Shown here: positions 40,174 to 49,622 of the stretch, piece after piece
Numbering within the stretch: position 1 is the first letter of the stretch
How the letters are laid out: each line of letters starts with the position of its first letter
Assembly (NCBI GenBank): GCA_964347045.1
Contig: CAYFXC010000010.1
Coordinates: 41,940 to 105,939, forward strand
Source of the DNA: an uncultured archaeon
GTDB lineage: Archaea; Asgardarchaeota; Hermodarchaeia; Hermodarchaeales; Hermodarchaeaceae
DNA: 64,000 nucleotides
Direction of reading: 5' to 3'
The notes under the pieces: model-generated
The model's input: the letters and a program-made list of their open reading frames with translations, nothing else
Database searches by the model: none
Told to the model about the DNA's origin: nothing
Program-made: the position numbers and the translations under genes

Positions 40174-40671
40174 TCATCTTCCACGGCTAGGTTTAGATTC
40201 TAGTGGAGACACTTTGAGAATGTCATCGTAGTGTCTATCACGAATTTTATTAAGAACAACAAAAGACCGTGTTTTTTCTATGAAATCTTGGTTACGGATT
40301 TGTTCGATGATTTCTTCGAAACAACGGATATCTTGGCAGATTATTTTAATGATAAGATCGAATTCACCAGTTACCGTATAGATTTCAACAATATTTTCGA
40401 TTTTCCGAAGAGCTTTCGCCACTTCGGGTCCAGGCATTCGTCCTGCATTGACACCCATTAAGACCATGATCGGATTATCAGCTTTCTCATAGTCAATGTT
40501 AACAGTGAATCGTTGAATAACGCCAGCTTTCAAAAGGCTCTCGATGCGGCGACGAACCACGGATTCAGAGAGTCCAAGGATTCGGGCGAGTTGAGCCACG
40601 GGTTGTCGGGCATCACGTACAAGATGACGGAGGATGCGTCGGTTCGTTTGATCAAGACTGAATTGTATCAT
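40174..40671 (-). CDS. Lrp/AsnC family transcriptional regulator
   Basis: LDQTNRRIL...DAR..VAQLARILGLSES.VRRRI...GVI; VTGEFDL. Confidence 0.93.
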   Translation of the reverse strand: MIQFSLDQTNRRILRHLVRDARQPVAQLARILGLSESVVRRRIESLLKAGVIQRFTVNIDYEKADNPIMVLMGVNAGRMPGPEVAKALRKIENIVEIYTVTGEFDLIIKIICQDIRCFEEIIEQIRNQDFIEKTRSFVVLNKIRDRHYDDILKVSPLESKPSRGR

Positions 40672-40846
40672 TGTGTCACGTCCGTAACACTTTAATGGTG
40701 ATTTCTGATGACTCAAAATTTGATGTTTTTGAGCACATTCTAGCCTGTTTCAATCATTTCTTTAAAAAGTGCTGGTGGTTCCATTAATATTTTAATGATT
40801 TATTGGCGGATTCTTATTATCCCTTATATAGTACCGGTGGATTCCA

Positions 40847-41734
40847 ATGATAAAGGATCCAGTTGTATACATTGATGGTGAGTTCATACCAAGTCAGGAG
40901 GCGAAGATCTCCGTTTTTGACCATGGACTTCTATATGGTGATGGCATCTTTGAAGGCATCCGAATCTATGATGGTGTGGTCTTCAAACTTGATGCTCACT
41001 TGGATCGACTGTATCAAAGTGCAAAAGCCATGTGGTTAACGATTCCCTTGAATAAAGTTGAAATGAAAGATGCCATTTTGGAAACGGTACGGCGGAATGG
41101 GTATCAGGATTCCTATATTCGATTGTTGGTGACTCGAGGAAAAGGCGATTTGGGTATGAACCCAAAGAAGTGCCCAAAGGCTTCTGTGGTGATTATTAAC
41201 ATTCAGGTCGAGCCAATGCATGGCCATGGTTCGAAAAATGGCATTTCTACAATTATTGCCAGTATTCGAAGGCAAACTCCCGATTCGACAAGTCACGAAA
41301 TCAAGTCATTAAATTACTTAAACAGCGTCCTTGCAACGCTAGAGGCAAATCGACAGGGCGTTGATGATGCAATTATTTTGGATCAACGTGGTTTTGTAGC
41401 AGAGGCAACAGGGACCACGCTAGTTGCGGTTTGGGATGGGATGTTACATGCACCACCCCTGACAGCAAGTATTTTGAATAGCATAACTCGTCGTTTTGTT
41501 TTAGACATGGCTCACGATTTGGGATATCAAGTTCATGAAACAGACATGACACCTTTCCAGCTATTAATGGCACAAGAAGTGTTTCTCTGTGGAACTATGG
41601 GCGAAATAACCCCGGTACAAAGTATCAATGGTCAACAAGTTGGGGCTAAAACACCTGGTCCAATTACTCAACACTTACTCACTGAATATGAAAAGCGGAG
41701 AAAAGACCCGAAAAATGGTACACCTATTGCTTAG
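40847..41734 (+). CDS. ilvE: Branched-chain amino acid aminotransferase (PLP fold IV)
   Basis: DHGLLYGDGIFEGIR, HLDRL, YIRL, KSLNYLNS, ITRR, EVFLCGT. Confidence 0.93.
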   Translation: MIKDPVVYIDGEFIPSQEAKISVFDHGLLYGDGIFEGIRIYDGVVFKLDAHLDRLYQSAKAMWLTIPLNKVEMKDAILETVRRNGYQDSYIRLLVTRGKGDLGMNPKKCPKASVVIINIQVEPMHGHGSKNGISTIIASIRRQTPDSTSHEIKSLNYLNSVLATLEANRQGVDDAIILDQRGFVAEATGTTLVAVWDGMLHAPPLTASILNSITRRFVLDMAHDLGYQVHETDMTPFQLLMAQEVFLCGTMGEITPVQSINGQQVGAKTPGPITQHLLTEYEKRRKDPKNGTPIA

Positions 41735-41776
41735 AAATCAGTTGTTTCTATTTTCGAAACATCACTCATTGAGCAA

Positions 41777-43228
41777 CTAGATAGGTACAATAGTACCTTT
41801 CAAGGTTGATGAGACCGGACTGTGTTTTTGAATAAATTGTTTGAGCGCATCAATTGCGGTAAGGTGCAAGTCACGTCGGTTTGTCCCGTAATGAGCGGGA
41901 ATACTCTGGACGGTAAGGAAGCATGCACGATAAGTTTTCGAAAGGTCTATTGGGTGTCCGCCGATGAAGAATTCGTGGATACGTTTACGGTAGGGATTTT
42001 CAATTTTGAAGTAAATGGTAAGACCAAGACAGCGTTTTACATAGCCGCCCAGTTGACGATAGGGGTCGCGGGAATAGGTATTTTCTAGGTTGTCTTCCAT
42101 CATTTGCCAAAGTTCTTTACCAGTGATTTCGCAGACAGAGATAGGCGGATTATTGGGGATGATGTTATAGAGATCATTCATGGTAACATTTCCGGGAGGG
42201 ATTGGGGCGCCAAAGCGCCAACCGTTTGAGAAAGCGAGATCGGTGCCACTGGCATCTTGGCAGGCCTGAAGGAGTATGTTGTCCATGGTTGATTCAAGAG
42301 AACGCCATCGGGCAAGAGTGCTGCGTGTTTGTCCGACAATAGTATCGAGCATAGATCGTTCGGATTGTGAGAGAATTCCGGTAATCATATCTTGAATTGC
42401 TGGATTGGGAGTTGTGATTTCTTCTATAGAAATGAGTTTGTGGCGAAAGGTTTTGACTCGATTGTTAACGATTTTGAGGTCAAGTTTTCCAAGAAAAGAA
42501 GCGTGGCTCCCAGATTGGATTATGACGGTCCGGTTCACCACGACGGGTTGATATAAACGATTATGTGTGTGACCACTTAGGAGGACATCGATGCCATCGA
42601 TTTCAGATACAAGTTTGAGATCTTGAGGATATCCCAGATGAGATAACACAATAATAAGATCGACTCGTTCCTTGTCACGGAGATGTGTGATATAGTTGGG
42701 GAGTTCTTCATTGCCAAGAGTAAAATAGACACCGTCACTATATGAGGAGGGCATTATCTTGTCAATTATGTTTGAAGCGATTCCAATAACGCCTATATGA
42801 AGCCCTTTGCGTTCGATGATTGTGCCATGTGAAAAGATTGGAGTCTTGGTGTCTTTGGAAAAGCAGTTTATGGCTATCATAGGATAGTTAAGTTGGTGCG
42901 TTAGGTTTTGAAATTCCGCCGGACTATAGGAAAATTCCCAATGGGCTGTCATGGCATCAATTGCCATGGCGTTCAAGATAGGTACCATGGCTCTTCCATT
43001 GTTTTTCATTGCCGTGAAGGTGCCATGAAGGGTATCGCCATTGTCTAGGGTTATAACTGCATTTGGGTGCTCAACTTCGAATTGGCTGAGTAGCGTTGCC
43101 ATTCGAGCAAAGCCACCTACTTTTCGCGTTGTGGGACGTCCGCTTTTCCAGAAGATTTCATGATGCGGTTCAAGGTAGCCATGAGTGTCGTTTATTTGAA
43201 GAATGGTCAAGTGACGTTCTTCTGACAT
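41777..43228 (-). CDS. Bifunctional metallophosphatase / 5'-nucleotidase (SoxB-like)
   Basis: NDTHG, DNGDTLHGT, AHWEF, LSH, SGHTH, NGWRFG; start reassigned to ATG 43228. Confidence 0.85.
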   Translation of the reverse strand: MSEERHLTILQINDTHGYLEPHHEIFWKSGRPTTRKVGGFARMATLLSQFEVEHPNAVITLDNGDTLHGTFTAMKNNGRAMVPILNAMAIDAMTAHWEFSYSPAEFQNLTHQLNYPMIAINCFSKDTKTPIFSHGTIIERKGLHIGVIGIASNIIDKIMPSSYSDGVYFTLGNEELPNYITHLRDKERVDLIIVLSHLGYPQDLKLVSEIDGIDVLLSGHTHNRLYQPVVVNRTVIIQSGSHASFLGKLDLKIVNNRVKTFRHKLISIEEITTPNPAIQDMITGILSQSERSMLDTIVGQTRSTLARWRSLESTMDNILLQACQDASGTDLAFSNGWRFGAPIPPGNVTMNDLYNIIPNNPPISVCEITGKELWQMMEDNLENTYSRDPYRQLGGYVKRCLGLTIYFKIENPYRKRIHEFFIGGHPIDLSKTYRACFLTVQSIPAHYGTNRRDLHLTAIDALKQFIQKHSPVSSTLKGTIVPI

Positions 43229-43736
43229 ATAGGAAGCCACTCCTGTTAACCCATAATATCCAAATGCTATTGATGTATCAACTTTGGAGCACTTGAGGTT
43301 TCCGATATAAACCATGTTAGTAAACGAATGTTGAACTGCTGGTTGTTTCAACATAACCTGGATTTTACAGTTATGCACCTGAAGTTTGTATGAATCGACT
43401 GAGAATAAAGGATAGAAGAAACGCCCAGCGACGCGTCCGTAATATATCAGCGTCTCTGAAAAGCCGTTCTTTGGCGCTCAGACGTACTCTAAAGGCGTCA
43501 ACTTTATAGATGCTCATTGGATGACTGGATAGAAAACCACACTTTGCATTGATGTAGGCTTGCTAACGGATGAAAGTGACTTATCTCTTTGCATCCATCT
43601 CATCGAGTATCAGTTTATCTCTTAGCTTTACTACTATTATGCTGATGAATAGAATATTCTTCCAAGATCTCTTAATCAGGTCAATCAGAGAAATGTAGGC
43701 AGTTCCGGTTAGAACACTAAACAAATAATTACCGGA

Positions 43737-44339
43737 ATGAATTATTTTATGGAATATCTAAAGGGTGTACATTCAATGCGGGTAAAAGCCTTGGTAGCGG
43801 GACTCACTGAGTTGGTTGAAGAACTTAGTGTGGAAGGCTGGCATGAATTTCGTACACTTGATCGGACACGAATCGATTTTGCTATCACTAAAGGTTCTCA
43901 AAGGTTACTCGCCGTAGAATTTGAACGTTCCAGGAAATGGCTGTTTGCGCGAGTGCTTTATAATGCGATAAAAGCGCAGCGTGCGGAGTTTCCAGCCATT
44001 CTGTTTGTATATCCTTTTTATGATCTTCCTCGTGCAGGTCGTTCATGGGTTCCAAATTATGTCGAAGAAACCTTGGGACTTCGATTAGCTTTGTGTCATC
44101 CTCGTGATTGTCTTGTAAGTACACGTACACTTATCTGCGAGCAGTTGAATTTACCAGTTCCAACCGAAATTACTGAAATAGATTATGTCATATCCTCTAA
44201 TACCATACCAGAATCGCTAAAGGTGGGTGCAGAAGCATGGAAAGCGTTGAAAACTCGTTCAATCTCTAAAAAACCTCGAAAAAAGCGGATAACAAGAACA
44301 TCAACAATACGGAAGAAAACGAGTAAGTCGATTGAATGA
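43737..44339 (+). CDS. Putative PD-(D/E)XK nuclease-fold protein with basic C-terminal tail
   Basis: HEF...RIDFA...LAVEFERS core; KKPRKKRITR tail. Confidence 0.6.
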   Translation: MNYFMEYLKGVHSMRVKALVAGLTELVEELSVEGWHEFRTLDRTRIDFAITKGSQRLLAVEFERSRKWLFARVLYNAIKAQRAEFPAILFVYPFYDLPRAGRSWVPNYVEETLGLRLALCHPRDCLVSTRTLICEQLNLPVPTEITEIDYVISSNTIPESLKVGAEAWKALKTRSISKKPRKKRITRTSTIRKKTSKSIE

Positions 44340-44396
44340 AATTCAATAATTTGGACACGAAGCTTATAATCTCATAATACACTGTTTTGATAGTGT

Positions 44397-45401
44397 ATGA
44401 GCAGGGGATTAGACATGGCCGAGACAATTGATCAGGTGATATCCGATCGACTTGAAGTTCTCTCACGGACAACGTTCCCAGTTAACTATGTTTTTTCCAA
44501 GACCTTTGAGTATGCTTTAAACCATCGAGCTTGTGCTTTGACAATTGTGACAAAATCTGGCGTCCAAGTGAACTTCACCGAACCGGTTAAGGTGCATCCA
44601 AAATTGCTGGATCGAGAAGGTCCATTTGTCTATCGAAGACGTTTGTATTATGTAAAAGAGCTGAAAATCCTTGATAGCTTCTTAGTTATCACCCAGGACC
44701 AACTTGACCTGCCCACTAAGAAAGACCCGAAAGAAAACGTTGGGCTTTTTGTAAAGGCTGTGACACCCTATGTTGAAGCTGTGGATAATATCATTCGGCG
44801 ACGTTTCGGTACAATAGTGATCCGCATTTCCTCTCGAGACAAGCCTCTTGTCCTTCATCGTCAAACGGTAAAGGGCAAGCAAATTCTCACGGCAAATGAA
44901 CTTTTAGCAGACATTAAAATCCCCTTTGAACTAAGGCTTGCAATTAGAGAAACTTTATTTAGAAGCAAACTGGGGCTGAGGATTCAAGCAGACAGTGAGA
45001 AAGAAACAAGAGTACAGGCTTCCTTTTTTACATTAGAGGATGGACGCGTCATCCTTCATTCTCCCGGAAGTATTCAAGCACAGGAATTTGTTGAACTTGG
45101 AAAGGTTCCATACCGTTTCGAAGGTAAGGAAGGTCCAGTAACGGCCCGTGGAATCATTACTAGTTTTCTTCAATTTGAAAACAAAACCGTAGCCCAATTA
45201 CTTCAGGAATATAGCGATTTAGCATTTCTACCCTTTTTCTTCGATCTGTATTTGGAGCAGGGAGGTCCTCCTATTCGAAATGTCGCTCTATTTGATGGAA
45301 AACTGATAATTGGTCGAACTCCGGAATCCAATGTCAATGAGGGAGCATTTGAAATATTTTTGGCAAAATCTGGAATCGACAAACATCTTTTGAAAAGTTA
45401 A
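44397..45401 (+). CDS. Hypothetical protein
   Basis: 334-codon ORF with normal composition; no family recognised. Confidence 0.75.
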   Translation: MSRGLDMAETIDQVISDRLEVLSRTTFPVNYVFSKTFEYALNHRACALTIVTKSGVQVNFTEPVKVHPKLLDREGPFVYRRRLYYVKELKILDSFLVITQDQLDLPTKKDPKENVGLFVKAVTPYVEAVDNIIRRRFGTIVIRISSRDKPLVLHRQTVKGKQILTANELLADIKIPFELRLAIRETLFRSKLGLRIQADSEKETRVQASFFTLEDGRVILHSPGSIQAQEFVELGKVPYRFEGKEGPVTARGIITSFLQFENKTVAQLLQEYSDLAFLPFFFDLYLEQGGPPIRNVALFDGKLIIGRTPESNVNEGAFEIFLAKSGIDKHLLKS

Positions 45402-45429
45402 AAATGTCATGTTAAGTAAAGGAAGGTCG

Positions 45430-46035
45430 TTATAGATTTTTTTTGATGGCTTCGACACCCAGATTGAAGGCATTGAGATTGATTTCCTTTAGACGTCGCA
45501 TTTTTGTAATTTCTTGCTTTAGCGTAGTCACTTCAACAGGTGTAAGATTGGATCCTGCGAATGCACCGACCATGACAGTATTCATTACTAAAGGATCTCC
45601 AGCTTGTTTGGCAAGATTTACTGCATCTAGTGTGAATAATTGAGAACAAAGTGTACGAAGCCGATTTTCAACCTCAGTTATTGGAGGATAGGTGAGTTGA
45701 CCTGTTAGTACCTCAATGGGATATACAGGGTGCATGTTCACAATTGCAACACTTGAAGGATTCAAGTAGTGGGCACCCACTCGTAGTGCTTCGATGGGTT
45801 CAAAACCTAGGAGCAAATGAGCGGAGTGTTTGGGGATAAGTGGACCAACATCATGTTTGCTTATCCGTATATGCGACATTACCGTCCCACCACGTTGAGC
45901 GGCTCCATATGTTTCTCCAATTGCTGTGAAATAGCCTTTAGCAATTGCTGCATCGGCAATTAGACGTGATGAGAGAACATTGCCTTGACCGCCAACACCA
46001 GCAATCACAATGTTGAAAGGATCATCATGAACCAT
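45430..46035 (-). CDS. iorB: Indolepyruvate:ferredoxin oxidoreductase beta subunit
   Basis: AGVGGQG, GAAQRGGTVMSHIR, FEPIEALR; start ATG 46035. Confidence 0.93.
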   Translation of the reverse strand: MVHDDPFNIVIAGVGGQGNVLSSRLIADAAIAKGYFTAIGETYGAAQRGGTVMSHIRISKHDVGPLIPKHSAHLLLGFEPIEALRVGAHYLNPSSVAIVNMHPVYPIEVLTGQLTYPPITEVENRLRTLCSQLFTLDAVNLAKQAGDPLVMNTVMVGAFAGSNLTPVEVTTLKQEITKMRRLKEINLNAFNLGVEAIKKNL

Positions 46036-46040
46036 GTTTC

Positions 46041-47951
46041 TCAATCCTCGATAAGGTGGATCACTTGATGAGGACATACGTTCACACATACGCCACAACC
46101 ATTACACAAAGTGGTCTCGATTCGGGCTTTATCAGATTCATTATCCCAGACACAAGCTGGGCAATTGAATTCAACAGAGCAAATCTTGCATTTTTCTCCG
46201 AAGCATTTTTCGGAATCAACAATAAAAACAGGTGTTGGTTCTTCTCGTTTTCTTCTTTCGCGATTGGTAATTAGGGCACATTCTCGTCGAAAGACAATTG
46301 CATGACTTTCATCAGAGTTTAAGGCCCTGTAAACGGTATCGATTGATTCCTTGAGGTTAAATGGGTCGACAACTGAAACCGATTGAAAGCCAATACCATG
46401 AAGTACTTGCTCTATTGGAACTGTAGATGTTACATCTCCTGTTGCATTATAACCAGTACCGGGGTGTGGTTGAAAACCTGTCATTGCTGTCGCATTGTTA
46501 TCGAGGACACACACGGTGGCTTTAGATTGATTGTAAACAATATTGACTAAAGCAGGGAGACAAGCATGATAGAAAGTAGAATCTCCCATCACCGTAATTA
46601 CTGGGTCTTTGAGTCCAAATTGACCCAGCTTTCCCAAACCACATGCAATCCCGACTCCAGCACCCATTGAGTGTTGGTTTCGCATCACGCCATGATAGAA
46701 AACGCCGAGTGAATAGCATCCTATGTCACCTGTAACAATGCCTTTTCCTTTATTGCGTTTGATTGCTCGATAAATACTATAGTAGGCAGGTCGGTGGGGA
46801 CAGCCAGCACAGAAGGTGAGAAGTCGCCTTGGAACTATACTAGTGGCTTCGGCGGCTGTTTTTAGATAGTCTTTCTGAGCTGAAGAGTAGCTGAGTTTTT
46901 TCACTGCTGCAATTGCCTTGATTGCTTGATTGATATCAACTTCTCCATATTCGGGAACGTGTCCAGATAATTTTCCATAAAATTGTGGAATAGCCTGTGA
47001 TGGCATTTCTGTTGCTAGGCTGCGGATTTGTTCCTCTAGATAGGGATCGATTTCTTCAAAGAAAAGCACCTCAGTTGTTGTGGTAAGTCGTTTAAGAATC
47101 ATTGCTCGGGGTAAAGGAGAAACAGTAGCAATTCGAAGAATACCGATATCTTTCAATTGAAGAATATCAACAGCTTCTCGTACATATTTCCAGGCAATAC
47201 CTGAAGTGATAATCAATAAGGATGGATTGCTGGGTCCATCATAAAGATTCCATGAAGACTTTTCAAATTCCTCATCCCGTACTTTTTCCAAACGTTTATG
47301 CAAATCACCATGCCGTAAATGAGGCCTTGGAAGATTATGTAAAGGGAGATTATAATCAAATTTGGCAGTTCTCTGTGTCTGAGTAATTTTCCCAAGCTTG
47401 AATGGAGCACGGCTATGGGCTAGCCGTGTTGTTTCTCGAACCAAGACGATAACACCGTGTTTTTCTGATAAATCAAAGGCGTACGAAATGATATCTTTAG
47501 CTTCTTGATGAGTAGAGGGTTCGATAACAACAATATCTGAATAAAATCCTAAAGGTCGTGCATCGCCCTCTGTTGTGGAGCTGTGAGCAAAGGGATCATC
47601 CGCCACTACCAGAACAAGTCCACCAGGTCCATGACCGGTATATGCGATGTTAATGAGAGAATCGAGTATAACAAATAAGCCATTGAGTTTCATCGATGCC
47701 ATAGCACGAAGACCTGTCCAGGAAGCAGCTGCCGCAGCTTCAAACGCAACTTTTTCATTGACACTCCATTCAACATAGATACCAGAATCTTTAGAAATCG
47801 TGGCTAAATTTCCTAATATCTCTGAGGAAGGTGTACCAGGATAGGCTGCAGCAAATTGAACACCTGCTTCAAGAGCTCCACGGGCAATTGCGTCATTGCC
47901 TAAGCCTATAACCGTATCACCAGCTTTACGGGTCATTAGAGAATTAGTCAT
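46041..47951 (-). CDS. iorA: Indolepyruvate:ferredoxin oxidoreductase alpha subunit
   Basis: GNDAIARGA, YPGTPSSEI, NEKVA, FCAGCPH, GDIGCY, GDSTF, NNATAMTG, C-terminal ferredoxin; start reassigned (ORF extends to 48104). Confidence 0.95.
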   Translation of the reverse strand: MTNSLMTRKAGDTVIGLGNDAIARGALEAGVQFAAAYPGTPSSEILGNLATISKDSGIYVEWSVNEKVAFEAAAAASWTGLRAMASMKLNGLFVILDSLINIAYTGHGPGGLVLVVADDPFAHSSTTEGDARPLGFYSDIVVIEPSTHQEAKDIISYAFDLSEKHGVIVLVRETTRLAHSRAPFKLGKITQTQRTAKFDYNLPLHNLPRPHLRHGDLHKRLEKVRDEEFEKSSWNLYDGPSNPSLLIITSGIAWKYVREAVDILQLKDIGILRIATVSPLPRAMILKRLTTTTEVLFFEEIDPYLEEQIRSLATEMPSQAIPQFYGKLSGHVPEYGEVDINQAIKAIAAVKKLSYSSAQKDYLKTAAEATSIVPRRLLTFCAGCPHRPAYYSIYRAIKRNKGKGIVTGDIGCYSLGVFYHGVMRNQHSMGAGVGIACGLGKLGQFGLKDPVITVMGDSTFYHACLPALVNIVYNQSKATVCVLDNNATAMTGFQPHPGTGYNATGDVTSTVPIEQVLHGIGFQSVSVVDPFNLKESIDTVYRALNSDESHAIVFRRECALITNRERRKREEPTPVFIVDSEKCFGEKCKICSVEFNCPACVWDNESDKARIETTLCNGCGVCVNVCPHQVIHLIED

Positions 47952-48134
47952 TGCACATTGCACCATCGTAATGGGTTTACGTATAATGGATTCACTACGA
48001 GAGAGTCTTGTTAAAATAAAACCTTGTTGCTTAGGTAACACGATAAAAGGCACCGAAACACAACGTAACACCAGCGTTAGAAACAGACAAAAACCGCAGC
48101 CCAAAAAGAAAGAACGTCCGCAATAGTAGTAAAG

Positions 48135-48341
48135 GTGATCAAGATGTTAAAGCAAGATTTCGTTGCTATTGCGTTGTACGTAACCACCATTTATGTAGCA
48201 GTCTTGTTATGGAGCTTTCGGTTCTATTGGCATGCAGTTCTCATTGCGATGATATCCACAGCACTTGGATTGGGGTACTTCAATTATCGAAATAGATGGT
48301 GGAAGAAGAAAAACGAGAGAGACAGCGAGGGCGGCGCTTAG
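48135..48341 (+). CDS. Small 2-TM membrane protein
   Basis: Two hydrophobic helices and a basic tail. Confidence 0.5.
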   Translation: MIKMLKQDFVAIALYVTTIYVAVLLWSFRFYWHAVLIAMISTALGLGYFNYRNRWWKKKNERDSEGGA

Positions 48342-48475
48342 GCTGGTTTCTCCACATAATGAAACCTTTTACTCACGAAGTGTAGGTAAAATAAAACCTT
48401 TTAGCCACAACTAATATCCTAAGTAGAATTCAAATTAGTTGTCCATTACATCGAATTTGGGTTGGATGGAGATAG

Positions 48476-49348
48476 ATGACCTCTAAGTCAGTTGTAAAAA
48501 CGAAAGTAGTTGATTTTCATATACATGTAGGAAAACGAGAACATTGGAATCCAGCGATTCATGCGCTTTTCAAGGAATTGAATCCAGGTCTTTATGAAAT
48601 ACAAGACGAGGTCATGACGCCTGAAAATATCGTAGGAATGCTGGATGAATGTGGAGTAGAATGGGGGGTTATTCTAGCGGAACTTTCACCTCAAGTAACT
48701 GGTATAGTAACCAACGAATTCGTTGCGGAGTTCTGTGAAAAACACTTAGATCGTCTCCTACCATTTTGTTCTGTTGACCCCACAAAGGATCAAAACCCCA
48801 CCAAAACCCTCGAACATGCTATTGAGGATCTTGGTATGCGTGGATTAAAGCTCTACCCGACCTATCAGCACTTTTATCCGAACGCCTATGCAACCTCAAA
48901 AGAATGGGAAAAATTGAGAAACCTATATGAAAAGGCGGAGTCCTTTGGAATTCCTGTTATGTTCCATACAGGAACTAGTATTTTTCCTAATGCTCGGTTG
49001 AAGTATGGAAACCCTATTTTCTTAGACGATGTCGCCACTGACTTCCCCAAAATGCCTGTTGTCATTGTACACGGTGGGAGAGGTCCCTGGTTTGAAATGG
49101 CGTTTTATGTAACAAGGCTCCATTCGAATGTTTACCTAGAGATTTCTGGTTTACCTCCGAAGAATCTATTACAATATTTTCCACAAATAGAAGTAATTGC
49201 TGAAAAGGTACTTTTTGGCAGTGACTGGCCTGGAGTTCTTAGCATTGCTGAAAATATTGAAGCTATTAGAAACCTCAATATCAACGAAAGAACTAAAACA
49301 CAAATTCTTGGCGAAAACGCTATTAAATTACTCAATTTAGAATCTTAG
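48476..49348 (+). CDS. Amidohydrolase_2 family metal-dependent hydrolase
   Basis: DFHIH, GLKLYP, FHTG, HGG, LFGSDWP, ILGENA; adjacent to the BCR operon. Confidence 0.88.
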   Translation: MTSKSVVKTKVVDFHIHVGKREHWNPAIHALFKELNPGLYEIQDEVMTPENIVGMLDECGVEWGVILAELSPQVTGIVTNEFVAEFCEKHLDRLLPFCSVDPTKDQNPTKTLEHAIEDLGMRGLKLYPTYQHFYPNAYATSKEWEKLRNLYEKAESFGIPVMFHTGTSIFPNARLKYGNPIFLDDVATDFPKMPVVIVHGGRGPWFEMAFYVTRLHSNVYLEISGLPPKNLLQYFPQIEVIAEKVLFGSDWPGVLSIAENIEAIRNLNINERTKTQILGENAIKLLNLES

Positions 49349-49367
49349 AATTAAGATTAGAATTTAT

Positions 49368-49586
49368 TTATCTCCGTCTTGTGAAGATTGTTACAAGAGA
49401 ACATGTTTCAGACTGAATACACTCATCGCAGCTTCTTTCTGTCTCAACTTCAACTGTCGGTAATATTAAGACCTCAAAGCCTAATTCTTCATAATTAGAC
49501 TCATATTCTGCGGCACGATGTTTTTCGACACTGAACCGTTTCTCCCATCCCTGTTTTTCTAACTCTTTGTCTGTGGGATTAGCCAT
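49368..49586 (-). CDS. Small hypothetical protein, last gene of the BCR operon
   Basis: ELEKQGWEKRF...YEELGFEV...CDEC...C...TIFTR; co-oriented with the bzd genes. Confidence 0.75.
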   Translation of the reverse strand: MANPTDKELEKQGWEKRFSVEKHRAAEYESNYEELGFEVLILPTVEVETERSCDECIQSETCSLVTIFTRRR

Positions 49587-49622
49587 TGATACCGCTCCAA
49601 TTTCACTGATAAAGCAGTTGGT

